Below, piece by piece: positions 44,080 to 54,272 of a DNA stretch of 64,000 nt. The stretch covers positions 53,929 through 117,928 of IMG/VR virus record IMGVR_UViG_3300032038_000025, one strand, 5' to 3'. Source of the stretch: a virus (lineage: Duplodnaviria; Caudoviricetes). Numbering within the stretch: the stretch's first letter is position 1; each line of letters opens with the position of its first letter. A program made the translations under genes and the position numbers. Below the pieces are notes generated by a model, which saw only the letters and a list, made by a program, of their open reading frames with translations, made no database searches and had not been told where the DNA came from.

Positions 44080-44907
44080 ATGTTAATAGAAATTAATATT
44101 GGAGATAAAATTGGAAAATTAACTGTATTAAAAAAAGATATTATGACAGATCGTGGTCAAAAATGGTTATGCCAATGTGATTGTGGAAATTTAACTTCTG
44201 TTCGTGAAGATCGTTTAATTACTACATTGTTATGTGGCAAAGGAGGAACTAAAAGCTGTGGATGTTTAAATCCAATAAAAAATCATTGTAAAGGGGTAAA
44301 AAGAATTAATTATATAGGAACTATTATTAATGATTATAAATATATATTACGTCTATTTCCAGATAGTAATAGAAGTTACAAATTTTTATTTCAAGATTTA
44401 ACTAATAATTTATGGAGAGTATCAGCTACTCGTCATATAAAAAATTTAGCGCATAATTCAAAATATGAATATAAAACAGCAAAAGAAGCATTAAAAAATT
44501 ATTATAAAAAAATATCTAAAAAAAATTTTTCTAATTATACAGAAGAAAATAATATAATGACAATGCTATTTAAAAATAATGTAATTTGGACGAAACAATA
44601 TTCAGATGAAAATTGTAAAGATAAAACTCCTTTACCTTTTGATATTGCTATTTTTGATGATAATTTTAATTTATCATATATAATTGAATATGATGGAGAA
44701 CAACACTTTTTCCAAGTATCAAATTGGGATTTTTTAAAAACAAGAAAACATGATTTAATAAAAAATAAATATTGTTTTGAGCATAATATTCCGTTAATTC
44801 GTATCCCATATAATGCAGAATATACTTTTGAAGATTTAAAATTAGAAACTACAAGATTTCTTTTAACCCCAGAGAATGAAGAAAAATATTATTAGCAAGG
44901 AGAATAA
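44080..44907 (+). CDS. Free-standing endonuclease (Zn-ribbon + Vsr/DUF2726-like), probable homing endonuclease
   Basis: WLCQCDCGN, KSCGCL, LPFD, IEYDGEQHF, IPLIRIPY. The track ORF stops at TAG 44893; read-through gives *QGE then TAA 44905-44907, one base before the next ATG. Confidence 0.75.
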
Positions 44908-44908
44908 T

Positions 44909-45178
44909 ATGAAATATATTCAAACTAAATTTTGCAAAGGAACTTTTATTCTTGAAAAACATATTAATTTAGATAATTTTTTAAATAAAGATGAACAAAA
45001 AAGATTTTATGATTTAAAAAATACAGGTGAAAATGAAATGTCTGATGAAGATTTTGAATGGTATGAAGATGTTTTAGATAGAATTAAAGAAGAATCTGAT
45101 TTTGTTGAATCAGAAATGGTTTCTTATGAAGTTGATGATTGGGAAGAATATGATGATGAAAATTGTTTAGTAAGGTAA
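44909..45178 (+). CDS. Acidic hypothetical protein
   Basis: SD AAGGAG. Confidence 0.65.
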   Translation: MKYIQTKFCKGTFILEKHINLDNFLNKDEQKRFYDLKNTGENEMSDEDFEWYEDVLDRIKEESDFVESEMVSYEVDDWEEYDDENCLVR

Positions 45179-45182
45179 TAAT

Positions 45183-45377
45183 ATGAGTGATGTAACGATT
45201 TTTATTAATAAAATGAAAGTTGTATTTAATCTTCTTCCAGAAGAAGAAATAGATACTTATAATAATATTTATAATGAATCAACGGAAGATTTTATTGCAT
45301 GGATAAATAGAAAATATGAAGAATTTAAAAACACTGCAAATAGCAACGGCATATTTTTATCAGATCCGAAATTTTAA
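45183..45377 (+). CDS. Hypothetical protein
   Basis: 64-aa ORF with SD. Confidence 0.55.
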   Translation: MSDVTIFINKMKVVFNLLPEEEIDTYNNIYNESTEDFIAWINRKYEEFKNTANSNGIFLSDPKF

Positions 45378-45777
45378 GCCAAATATGATACCAATTTCTA
45401 CTTGCTTATCAGATCCAGGCTGGTACCGTCCACCAAAAGGAAAAGAATATTATATAGATAAAAGAGGGATAATATGCGGGCTCCGCTATGAACCTCTTAT
45501 AGTCCAGTCTCAAGGAACTCATTGTTGCCCCTGCGAAGATAAAAATATTTTACAAGGGAATTGTCCTACAATGCAAGAATATCGACAATTACTTGAAACT
45601 GTTGATTTTGATAAAATGATAAAAGCATTTGAATTTTGTTTAAATAAATTTAATAAAGATACTATTGTTTTAATGGTATATGAAGCTCCAAATAATTTAT
45701 GTAGTGAAAGAAGATATTTACAGGAGTATTTTAATAAACATGGAATAGAGTGTAAAGAATTAGAATATCCAATCTAA
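45316..45777 (+). CDS. DUF488-like hypothetical protein
   Basis: T.YF..IR, P.WY, VLMVYE....CSER; start uncertain. Confidence 0.55.
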   Translation: MKNLKTLQIATAYFYQIRNFKPNMIPISTCLSDPGWYRPPKGKEYYIDKRGIICGLRYEPLIVQSQGTHCCPCEDKNILQGNCPTMQEYRQLLETVDFDKMIKAFEFCLNKFNKDTIVLMVYEAPNNLCSERRYLQEYFNKHGIECKELEYPI

Positions 45778-45985
45778 AGAATTAGAATCGCTTTTAAAAG
45801 AAATATCTTTACAAATAAAACCAAACCCAAATAATTTTATTATTATAAAAAAATGGAATAAAAGACTTTTTGAAAAATATAAATTTAAAACATTTAATGC
45901 AATAGAAAAAGAAATTAATTTGCAATTAAAAAATAAATGTAACTCAAAATTTTTTAATAATTTTGTTAACTATAATAAAATTTGA
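45740..45985 (+). CDS. Possible hypothetical protein, 81 aa, 2 TAG
   Basis: ME*SVKN*NIQSKELESLL...; fills the gap only under read-through; no recognisable motif. Confidence 0.35.
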
Positions 45986-46010
45986 CAACTAAAAAAATTT
46001 TTTCTATAAT
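45982..46010 (+). promoter_or_regulatory. Consensus sigma-A promoter
   Basis: TTGACA-17-TATAAT. Confidence 0.85.
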
Positions 46011-46016
46011 ATAATT

Positions 46017-46180
46017 GTAAGAAATAAATATTATGAAAGGAAGGTACGGTCCAATGGGCTAAGAAGTTGTAACTCGTTGACGCCTGTAGACAATAATATG
46101 GAGGGTACTCCAATGGACAATGTAGCTTAAATATTTATTTTTATGTGGTCAGGTGGGGATATCCCCCACTTGACTTTTTT
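46017..46180 (+). ncRNA. Candidate small RNA or minigene transcript
   Basis: Lies between its own promoter and terminator (46148-46180); no ORF over about 10 codons; ends complementary; internal diverged repeat. Confidence 0.5.
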
Positions 46181-46231
46181 ATTTTATTATATTATAATAT
46201 AAATATAAAATATAATGAAAGAGGTAGGGTG

Positions 46232-49200
46232 ATGGTAAAACGGTTTGAGGTTCACTCTCATTCAGAATTCTCGAATATACGATTATTAGACTGCATTAAT
46301 AAAATTCCAGCACTCATTGATAGAGCAATAGAAATTGGTTTATGCGGAATAACAATCACAGATCATGAATGTTTATCAGGTGCGCCACAAGCGAACTTTT
46401 ATGCTCAAGATATTTTAAAGGAACATCCAGATTTTAAAGTAGCATTAGGAGATGAAATATATTTAACTCCGAATAGAGAAATGGGACAAAAATATTATCA
46501 TTTTATTCTAATTGCAAAAAATAAAACTGGTTTTAGAGCATTAAGAGAATTATCTTCAAGAGCATGGATGAATAGTTATTGGGATAGAGGTCTTGAAAGA
46601 GTTCCAACAACTTATGCGGATCTTGAAGAGATTGTTAATAAATATCCAGGAACTTTAATTGCAACAACCGCGTGTATTGGCGGGCAAGTATCTTCTCAAG
46701 TTTTAAATCTTATTAAAGCTGAAAAGCATGAAGATAATAATGGAATTATAGAAGCACATAATAATATTGTAAATTTTATTTTATGGTGTAAAAAACTTTT
46801 TGGAGATGACTTTTATATTGAATGTGCGCCTGGCCAATCAACAGAACAGATTGCGGTTAATCAGCGTCTTTGTTCTGTAGCATCCGCATTTAAATGTAAA
46901 ATGGTTCTTGGTTCAGATGCTCATTACCTTAAAAAAGAAGATAGATATGTTCATAAAGCATATCTTAATTCAAAAGGTGGAGAACGTGAGGTTGACGCAT
47001 TTTATGAATATGCATATCTCCAAGATGAAAATGATATAAAAGAGAATATTGCTCCATCATTTTTGGATTATAATGAATTAGTAAATAATTCATATGAAAT
47101 TTATAATAAGATTGAAAATTATAGTATTGCACATAAACAAACTATTCCAAAAGTAAAAGTTAAAGATTATCCGAAAGAAGAGGCTCCGTGGTATTCAAAA
47201 GATTATCCAATATTAGAAAAAATGTATAAATCAGATGATATATATGAAAGATATTGGGTCCATGAATGTTTAAATCAAATGACAAATAAGCATCTTTTAA
47301 CAAAAGAATATTGGGATAGACTTGAGGAAGAAGCAGATATTAAAAAAACAATTAGTGAAAAACTTGAAACTAATATGTTTAGTTATCCAATAACTCTTCA
47401 GCATTACGTTGATCTCTTTTGGGAATGTGGTAGTACAGTTGGCGCGGGTAGAGGTTCATCCTGTTCTGGTTTAAATCATTATCTTTTAGGTATAACTCAG
47501 TTGGACCCAATTAAATGGGATCTTCCATTCTGGCGTTATCTTAATAAAGAACGAGTTGAATTAGGTGATATTGATCTAGACTTATGTCCGTCTAAACGCC
47601 CATTAATTCTTCAAAAAATAAAGGAGGAACGAGGTGCAAACTTTTCAAGTGAAATTGATGAACTCTCAAGGAAAAATCTTGGATGCACTCTTATAGCTAC
47701 CTTTGGAACAGAAGGAACAAAAAGTGCTATTCTCACTGCTTGTAGAGGATATAGAGGACAAGAATCTGGATACATTGTGTCTGGACCGACAAATGAAAAT
47801 GAAGACGGATGGGTAACTGATTATCGAGATGGTATTGATGTTGATACTGCACAATATCTTTCATCATTAATTCCAAGCGAAAGAGGATTTTTATGGCCTC
47901 TTAAAGATGTTGTTTATGGCAACAAAGATAAAGATAGAAAACCCATTACGGCATTTATTAATGAAATAAATAAATATCCTGGTCTTTTAGATATTGCAAT
48001 GGCAATAGAAGGAATTGTTAATAAACGCTCTAGTCATGCAAGTGGTGTTATTCTTTTCGATGAAGATCCTTATGAATTTGGATGTTTTATGAAAACCCCC
48101 AAAGGAGAAATTATTACTCAATGGGATCTTCATATGGATGAAGCATGCGGTATGACAAAATATGATTTTCTTGTAACAGAAGTACAAGATAAAATTGCAG
48201 AAACAATTAGACTTCTTCAAAAATATAATAAAATTGATAGTAATTTAACATTAAGAGAAGTTTATAATAAATATCTTCATCCAGAAGTATTACCATTAGA
48301 TAATAAAAAAATATGGGAAGCATTACAAAATAATAGTGTTTTAAATATTTTTCAGTTCGATTCAGATGTTGGTTCTCAAGCGGCAAAAAAAATTAAACCA
48401 ACAAATATTCTTGAAATGGCGGATGCTAATGGGTTAATGCGTCTTATGACCGCAGAAAAAGGCGCACAAACACCGATGGAAAAATATATTGAATATAAAA
48501 ACAATATTGATCTTTGGTATCTTGAAATGTGTAGAGCAGGAATAACTGTTAAAGAACAAAAAATTCTTGAACCATATTTTAAACAATCTTATGGTGTTCC
48601 ACCATCACAGGAACAATTAATGAGAATGTTAATGGATGAAAATATTTGTAATTTTTCTCTTAAAGAGGCGAACGCCGCCCGAAAGATTGTTGGTAAAAAA
48701 CAAATGGCAAAAATTCCTGAATTGCATCAGCAAGTTCTTGATAGAGCATCAAGTCCAGCTCTTGGTAAGTATGTTTGGGAATGCGGTATTGGGCCACAGA
48801 TGGGTTACAGCTTTTCAATTATCCACGCACTAGCTTATTCATTTATAGGAGTTCAAACTATTTATCTTGCGATAAACTGGAATCCAATTTATTGGAATAC
48901 AGCTTGTCTCATTGTTAATAGCGCATCTCTTGAAAATGAAGAAGATGATGATGAAGATGGAAATACAAAAGATAAATCCACTGATTATTCAAAGTTAGCA
49001 AAAGCTATTGGAGATATAACATCAAGAGGAATTAAAGTATCTTTAATTGATATCAATAAATCTGGTTTTAGTTTTGAACCAGATGAAATAAATAATGAAA
49101 TTTTGTTTGGACTAAAAGGTGTTAATAAAATTGGAGGACCAGTAATTGATCAAATTATTGGCGGCCGCCCATATAAAGGTATTATTGATTTCATGAATAG

Positions 49201-50227
49201 GTGCCCATTAAATAAAACTCAAATGATTTCATTAATTAAATCTGGAGCTTTTGATAAGGTTGATAATAACTGGGCATCAGAAATTTGTAAAGAAAATCCG
49301 AGATATGCAATTATGGCATATTATGTTTCAATTATAAGTGAGCCAAAAAAAAGATTAACACTACAAAATTTTAATGGATTATTAGAAAGAAAATTAATTC
49401 CTAATAATTTAATTTATGAACAAAGAACTTTTGCTTTTAATAAATATTTAAAAACAAAAAAATGTGGAAAATATTATTTATTAAATAATGAATCTGACCT
49501 TCAATTTTATGAAGATTTATATGATGCAGAAGAATTAGAAATTATAAATGGAGTTCCATGTATAAAACAAAAATCTTGGGATAAAATTTATAAAAACATT
49601 ATGGATACCGCAAGAGAATGGTTAAAAAATAATCAAGAAGAAATATTGCGGCAATATAATAATTTATTATTTAATGAAATGTGGATTAAATATGCATCTG
49701 GAAATATTTCTGCATGGGAAATGGAAAGTTTATGTTTTTATTATCATAAGCATGAATTAGCAGATATTAATAGATATAAATATGGAATTGTTAATTTCTT
49801 TGATTTATCTTATGAACCAGAAGTTGATTATTTTATTAAGCGAAATGGAAGAGAAATTCCAATTTTTAAACTTTATAAAATAGCAGGAACTATTATTAGT
49901 AAAAATAATACAAAAGCATCCGTAGCAGTTTTAACAACAAATGGAGTTGTTAATGTAAAATTTACCAAAGAATATTATGCAATGTACAATCGTCAAATTT
50001 CTGAAGTACAGGCGGATGGTAGTAAAAAAGTTCTAGAAAAAGGATGGTTTTCTCGAGGAACTAAAATTATGGTAACTGGTTATCGAAGAGAAGACACTTT
50101 CGTAGCAAAAACATATAAAGCAACTTCAACTCATCAATTATATAGAATTGTTAATATTAATAATTCAAATATAACATTAGAGCATGAAAGGAATAATAAA
50201 AATGACAGTGAAGGGCTTCCAGTCTAA
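46232..50227 (+). CDS. dnaE: DNA polymerase III alpha subunit
   Basis: PHP domain HSHSEFS...TDH, GRGS, DIDLD, HASGV, GYSFS..HA.AY; no TAG in about 1330 codons. Confidence 0.93.
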   Translation: MVKRFEVHSHSEFSNIRLLDCINKIPALIDRAIEIGLCGITITDHECLSGAPQANFYAQDILKEHPDFKVALGDEIYLTPNREMGQKYYHFILIAKNKTGFRALRELSSRAWMNSYWDRGLERVPTTYADLEEIVNKYPGTLIATTACIGGQVSSQVLNLIKAEKHEDNNGIIEAHNNIVNFILWCKKLFGDDFYIECAPGQSTEQIAVNQRLCSVASAFKCKMVLGSDAHYLKKEDRYVHKAYLNSKGGEREVDAFYEYAYLQDENDIKENIAPSFLDYNELVNNSYEIYNKIENYSIAHKQTIPKVKVKDYPKEEAPWYSKDYPILEKMYKSDDIYERYWVHECLNQMTNKHLLTKEYWDRLEEEADIKKTISEKLETNMFSYPITLQHYVDLFWECGSTVGAGRGSSCSGLNHYLLGITQLDPIKWDLPFWRYLNKERVELGDIDLDLCPSKRPLILQKIKEERGANFSSEIDELSRKNLGCTLIATFGTEGTKSAILTACRGYRGQESGYIVSGPTNENEDGWVTDYRDGIDVDTAQYLSSLIPSERGFLWPLKDVVYGNKDKDRKPITAFINEINKYPGLLDIAMAIEGIVNKRSSHASGVILFDEDPYEFGCFMKTPKGEIITQWDLHMDEACGMTKYDFLVTEVQDKIAETIRLLQKYNKIDSNLTLREVYNKYLHPEVLPLDNKKIWEALQNNSVLNIFQFDSDVGSQAAKKIKPTNILEMADANGLMRLMTAEKGAQTPMEKYIEYKNNIDLWYLEMCRAGITVKEQKILEPYFKQSYGVPPSQEQLMRMLMDENICNFSLKEANAARKIVGKKQMAKIPELHQQVLDRASSPALGKYVWECGIGPQMGYSFSIIHALAYSFIGVQTIYLAINWNPIYWNTACLIVNSASLENEEDDDEDGNTKDKSTDYSKLAKAIGDITSRGIKVSLIDINKSGFSFEPDEINNEILFGLKGVNKIGGPVIDQIIGGRPYKGIIDFMNRCPLNKTQMISLIKSGAFDKVDNNWASEICKENPRYAIMAYYVSIISEPKKRLTLQNFNGLLERKLIPNNLIYEQRTFAFNKYLKTKKCGKYYLLNNESDLQFYEDLYDAEELEIINGVPCIKQKSWDKIYKNIMDTAREWLKNNQEEILRQYNNLLFNEMWIKYASGNISAWEMESLCFYYHKHELADINRYKYGIVNFFDLSYEPEVDYFIKRNGREIPIFKLYKIAGTIISKNNTKASVAVLTTNGVVNVKFTKEYYAMYNRQISEVQADGSKKVLEKGWFSRGTKIMVTGYRREDTFVAKTYKATSTHQLYRIVNINNSNITLEHERNNKNDSEGLPV

Positions 50228-50447
50228 AGAAGAATCTCATAAAGATATGGTAAATAACCCCTCCCATTATACACATGGAGGGGTTGAATGTATTGATGCA
50301 ATGATTGCCTCTCAAGGGAAAAAAGCTGTTAAAGATTTTTGTTTATGCAATGCATTTAAATACATATGGCGCACTAAGCACAAAAATGGTGTTGAAGATA
50401 TAGATAAAGCTATATGGTATTTAAATAAATATAAAGAGTTGTTATAA
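50202..50447 (+). CDS. DUF3310 family protein
   Basis: DMVNNPSHY..GGVECID...NAFKYIWR...KNG.ED..KA.WYL. Confidence 0.85.
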   Translation: MTVKGFQSKEESHKDMVNNPSHYTHGGVECIDAMIASQGKKAVKDFCLCNAFKYIWRTKHKNGVEDIDKAIWYLNKYKELL

Positions 50448-50537
50448 GGTCAAAGTTAATTAATTTATATGATGAAATTTTTAATAATATAGTAAACCTA
50501 AAAATATTTTAACTAATTAGGAGGATTTATATTAATT

Positions 50538-52829
50538 ATGATTTATGTAATTAAAAGAGATGGTAGACAAATGCCATTTGATACGGAAAAAATTAAAAAG
50601 GCTATTTTAAAAGCCTTTAAAGCGGTTGATGGTTAGATTTCTGATTATGCAGAAACAAAAGCTGAAAATATAGCAAATTATATTGAAGGCTATTGCGAAG
50701 ATGAAGTAAAACCATTATCCATTGAAGAAATTCAAGATTTAGTTGAAAATGGCTTAATGTCAACCAAAAGAAAAGATGTCGCTAAAGCATACATTAAATA
50801 TCGAGAACTTAGAACAAAAGAAAGAAAATGGAATAATGATATGATGCGGGCGGCACGTGAAAAACTCACAGGATCTCGTATTGACAATCAAAATGCTAAT
50901 GTCGACGAACATTCATTCGGCGGCCGCCGCGGCGAATTTGATTCAGTCATTGCTAAACAATATGCTTTAGATAATTGCATGTCAAAAATGGCTCGTGAAA
51001 ATCATTTAAATAATGAAATTTATATTCATGATTTAGATGCTTATGCGGTCGGTATGCATAATTGTTTGTCAGTTCCTTTTGATGATTTACTTGCAAATGG
51101 ATTTAATACTCGTCAAACTGATGTAAGACCTGCAAATAGTATTAATACAGCTTTTCAACTTGTTGCGGTTTTATTTCAACTTCAAAGTTTGCAACAATTT
51201 GGTGGCGTAAGCGCAACTCATTTAGACTGGACTATGGTTCCTTATGTTCGTAAAAGTTTTTATAAACATTATATTGATGGATTAAAATATTGTGAAGGTT
51301 TTACTCCAGTAAATGAGCCTAATAAACCAATTGCTGAATTGTCTATTGTTGAAGGGAGTTGGTATACTCCAGATATATATGACAAAGCATATCAATATGC
51401 TATAGATATGACTAAAAAAGAACTTCAACAAGCTGTAGAAGGTATGTATCATAATTTAAATACACTACAGTCACGAAGCGGAAATCAATTACCTTTCACT
51501 TCAATCAACTATGGCACTTGCACACTTCCAGAAGGCCGAATGGTAATTAAAGCATTACTTGAAGGTAGCATTAAAGGCGTTGGCAAATTTCATAAAACTC
51601 CAATCTTTCCTTGCGGTATCTTCCAGGTTATGAGCGGAGTTAATAAAGAGCCAGGAACACCAAATTATGATCTTTATAGATTAGCTCTTGAATCAACAGC
51701 AAAAAGATTATATCCAAATTATGCTAATGTTGATTGGAGCGGGAATGCAGGTTATGATAGAAATGATCCAACTACATACTTCTCAACGATGGGGTGCCGT
51801 ACCGCTAATGGTTTCGATATAAATGCCGAACCAGGTGTGAATCCGCAACGCAAAGATGGTCGTGGTAATATTTGTCCTGTAACAATTATTCTTCCCACTC
51901 TTGCAATGGAAGCAAGAGAAAAACCAATTTGGAATATAGAAACCATTCCCCCTATTAAATCTGAAGAAGAATATAATCAATTAGTTAGAATTGAATCATT
52001 TTTTACAATTCTTGATAAAAAAATTGATGAAGCTAAAGATATGCTTCTTGAAAGATTTAATTATATTTGTTCTCAAGATCCATCATCCGCAAAATTTATG
52101 TGGGAAAATGGTACCATGTTAGGATATAAACCAGAAGAAGGTATTTTTAGTGCAATGAAGCATGGTACATTAGCATTGGGCCAAATTGGTTTAGCAGAAA
52201 CTCTTCAAATTCTTATTGGAGAAGATCATACTACTGATAAGGGTATGAAACTTGCTAAACAAATTGAAGAGTTATTTTCAAAGAGATGTAAAGAATATAA
52301 GGAAAAGTATAAACTTAATTTTGGTGTTTACTACACGCCCGCAGAGAATTTATGTTATACTGCCATGAAAAAATTCCAGGAAAAATATGGTACAATTGAA
52401 AATGTTAGTGATAAAGAATTTTTCACCAATAGTATTCATGTACCAGTTTGGAAAGAAATTGATCCATTTACAAAAATTGATATTGAAAGTCAATTAACTG
52501 GATATAGTTCAGCTGGCTGTATTACTTATGTAGAATTAGATAGTGGTATTTTAAATAATATTGATGCGCTTGAACAAATTGTAAATTATGCTATGGATCA
52601 TGATATTCCGTACTTTGCTTTAAATATTCCTAATGACCTTTGTTTAAATTGCGGTTATACAGGAGAAATTAATGATAAATGCCCTATGTGCAGCGGCGAT
52701 AAGATACAGCGATTAAGACGCGTTACAGGATATTTAACAGGTGATTATAAAACTGCATTTAATTTAGGAAAGCAGCAAGAAACAGAAATGAGATTCAAAC
52801 ATTCTACCTTATTAAGAGGATATAAATAA
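50538..52829 (+). CDS. nrdD: Anaerobic ribonucleoside-triphosphate reductase with ATP cone, 1 TAG
   Basis: VIKRDG ATP cone recovered by reading TAG 50634; IYIHDLD, MGCRT, TPAENL, RRVTGYL glycyl-radical motif. Confidence 0.93.
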
Positions 52830-53311
52830 TGCGTATTGCAGGAATTATAAAAAATGATTTTACGAATGGATAGGGAACATGTGTTTCCCTATTCGTTCAA
52901 GGGTGTCCGCATCATTGCAAAGGATGTCAAAATCCAGAAACTTGGAGTTTTTCTGGAGGAGAAGAGCCATCTACTGAATTACGTGGTGAATTAATAAAAG
53001 CAATTTGTGCAAATGGAATCACAAGAAATTTTTCTGTTTTAGGAGGGTAGCCGCTATGTGACGAAAATCTTGAAGGAATTGATAAAATTATTTCAAGTAT
53101 TCGAATCGCATTTCCAGAAATAAAAATTTTCGTTTGGACTGGGTATACCCTTGAAGAATTATAGCAAAGACGAAATAAAAAAATTAATCATATATTATCT
53201 CAAATAAATGTATTAATAGATGGACGCTTTATTCAAGAAGAAAGAGATATTACGCTTAAATTTCGAGGAAGTAAAAATCAAAGAATTTTGTATCAAGGAA
53301 TTGATTTTTAA
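52829..53311 (+). CDS. nrdG: Anaerobic RNR activase (radical SAM), 160 aa, 3 TAG
   Basis: NG*G, GCPHHCKGCQN, LGG*PL, WTGYT, VLIDGRF, FRGSKNQR; TAG at 52871, 53048, 53162; absent from the track. Confidence 0.93.
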
Positions 53312-53349
53312 TAAAATTTTTATTATAATATAATAAAGGAGATTTCTTA

Positions 53350-53748
53350 ATGGAAAAAACTAACTCACATAATGTTTCATTAGGAACGTTATATGATCTT
53401 AATAAAAGAGCTATGCTAAATGAAAAACCGCTTAGTAAAGCTAAAATTGAAACAGTTAAATCAAAACTTGAAGATTGGTTTAATTGGCAATTAGATGGAT
53501 ATGCAATGTTGCTTTGTAGAGAAAGGTATGATTTTACTGTATTTCATCTATATGAAACTCAAAATATTAATCCGCCCAAAGTTGCAACAGAAGAATTAAT
53601 TAGCTTATTAAAAAATCGAGGAAAAATTTTATCCATTGAAAAAGATTCAGAAAAAATAAATAACGCTTGGGAAATTTGGTTAAATATTGATGATGAAGCA
53701 TTTGCTTATTATTTATTTAATTGTGACGACTGGGTTATTCAATGTTAA
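53350..53748 (+). CDS. Hypothetical protein
   Basis: Follows promoter 53301-53329. Confidence 0.7.
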   Translation: MEKTNSHNVSLGTLYDLNKRAMLNEKPLSKAKIETVKSKLEDWFNWQLDGYAMLLCRERYDFTVFHLYETQNINPPKVATEELISLLKNRGKILSIEKDSEKINNAWEIWLNIDDEAFAYYLFNCDDWVIQC

Positions 53749-53763
53749 GGAGTATAAATAAAA

Positions 53764-54024
53764 ATGAGAAAAATTATTGGTGTTATTCATCCTTTTGATA
53801 TTTATCAAAATTTTTATGTTTATTAGGATGGAAACAAAATAGAAATGACTCAAGCAAAATTAAATGATATTCCAGAAACAGTTTTAGAACTTGCACAGCT
53901 TTATGATGTTTATAGAGTTGATTTATCTGGAGCAAAACATTATGCTCAAAAAATTATTAGAGAAATTCAAGAAAAAGAATTTACTAAATATAATGAAAAT
54001 AAATTAGTTATAAAATGTATTTAA
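53764..54024 (+). CDS. Hypothetical protein, 86 aa, 1 TAG
   Basis: MRKIIGVIHPFDIYQNFYVY*DGNKI...; ends TAA. Confidence 0.7.
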
Positions 54025-54034
54025 GGAGATAAAA

Positions 54035-54271
54035 ATGTCAAAGTATTTGGTTAGTACTATAGAAACTTATAGAATCGATACTGAAGCGGAAGCAACAAGA
54101 GTAATTGAAGAAGCAAAAAAAGATAGTTCTTATGAACTTGCTCAATATATTAGTAAAAGAAGAGATATAAAGAAAACCGAGGAAACATATTGGGAACTTT
54201 CTTTAAAGAAAATTTTTAATAATATTAAAGATCCAATTTCTATTGTAGAAGTTAATTATGAGGTGGACTAA
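54035..54271 (+). CDS. Hypothetical protein
   Basis: SD AAGGAG. Confidence 0.7.
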   Translation: MSKYLVSTIETYRIDTEAEATRVIEEAKKDSSYELAQYISKRRDIKKTEETYWELSLKKIFNNIKDPISIVEVNYEVD

Positions 54272-54272
54272 T

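Noticed and set aside
46017-46180. Suppressor tRNA or known ribozyme
   Set aside because: No cloverleaf, T-loop GTTCRA or hammerhead core recognisable; I found no tRNA anywhere in the window by eye.
46232-52829. Intein or group I intron in dnaE or nrdD
   Set aside because: Both read continuously, with no splice-junction motifs or embedded endonuclease; the nrdD break is a single TAG.
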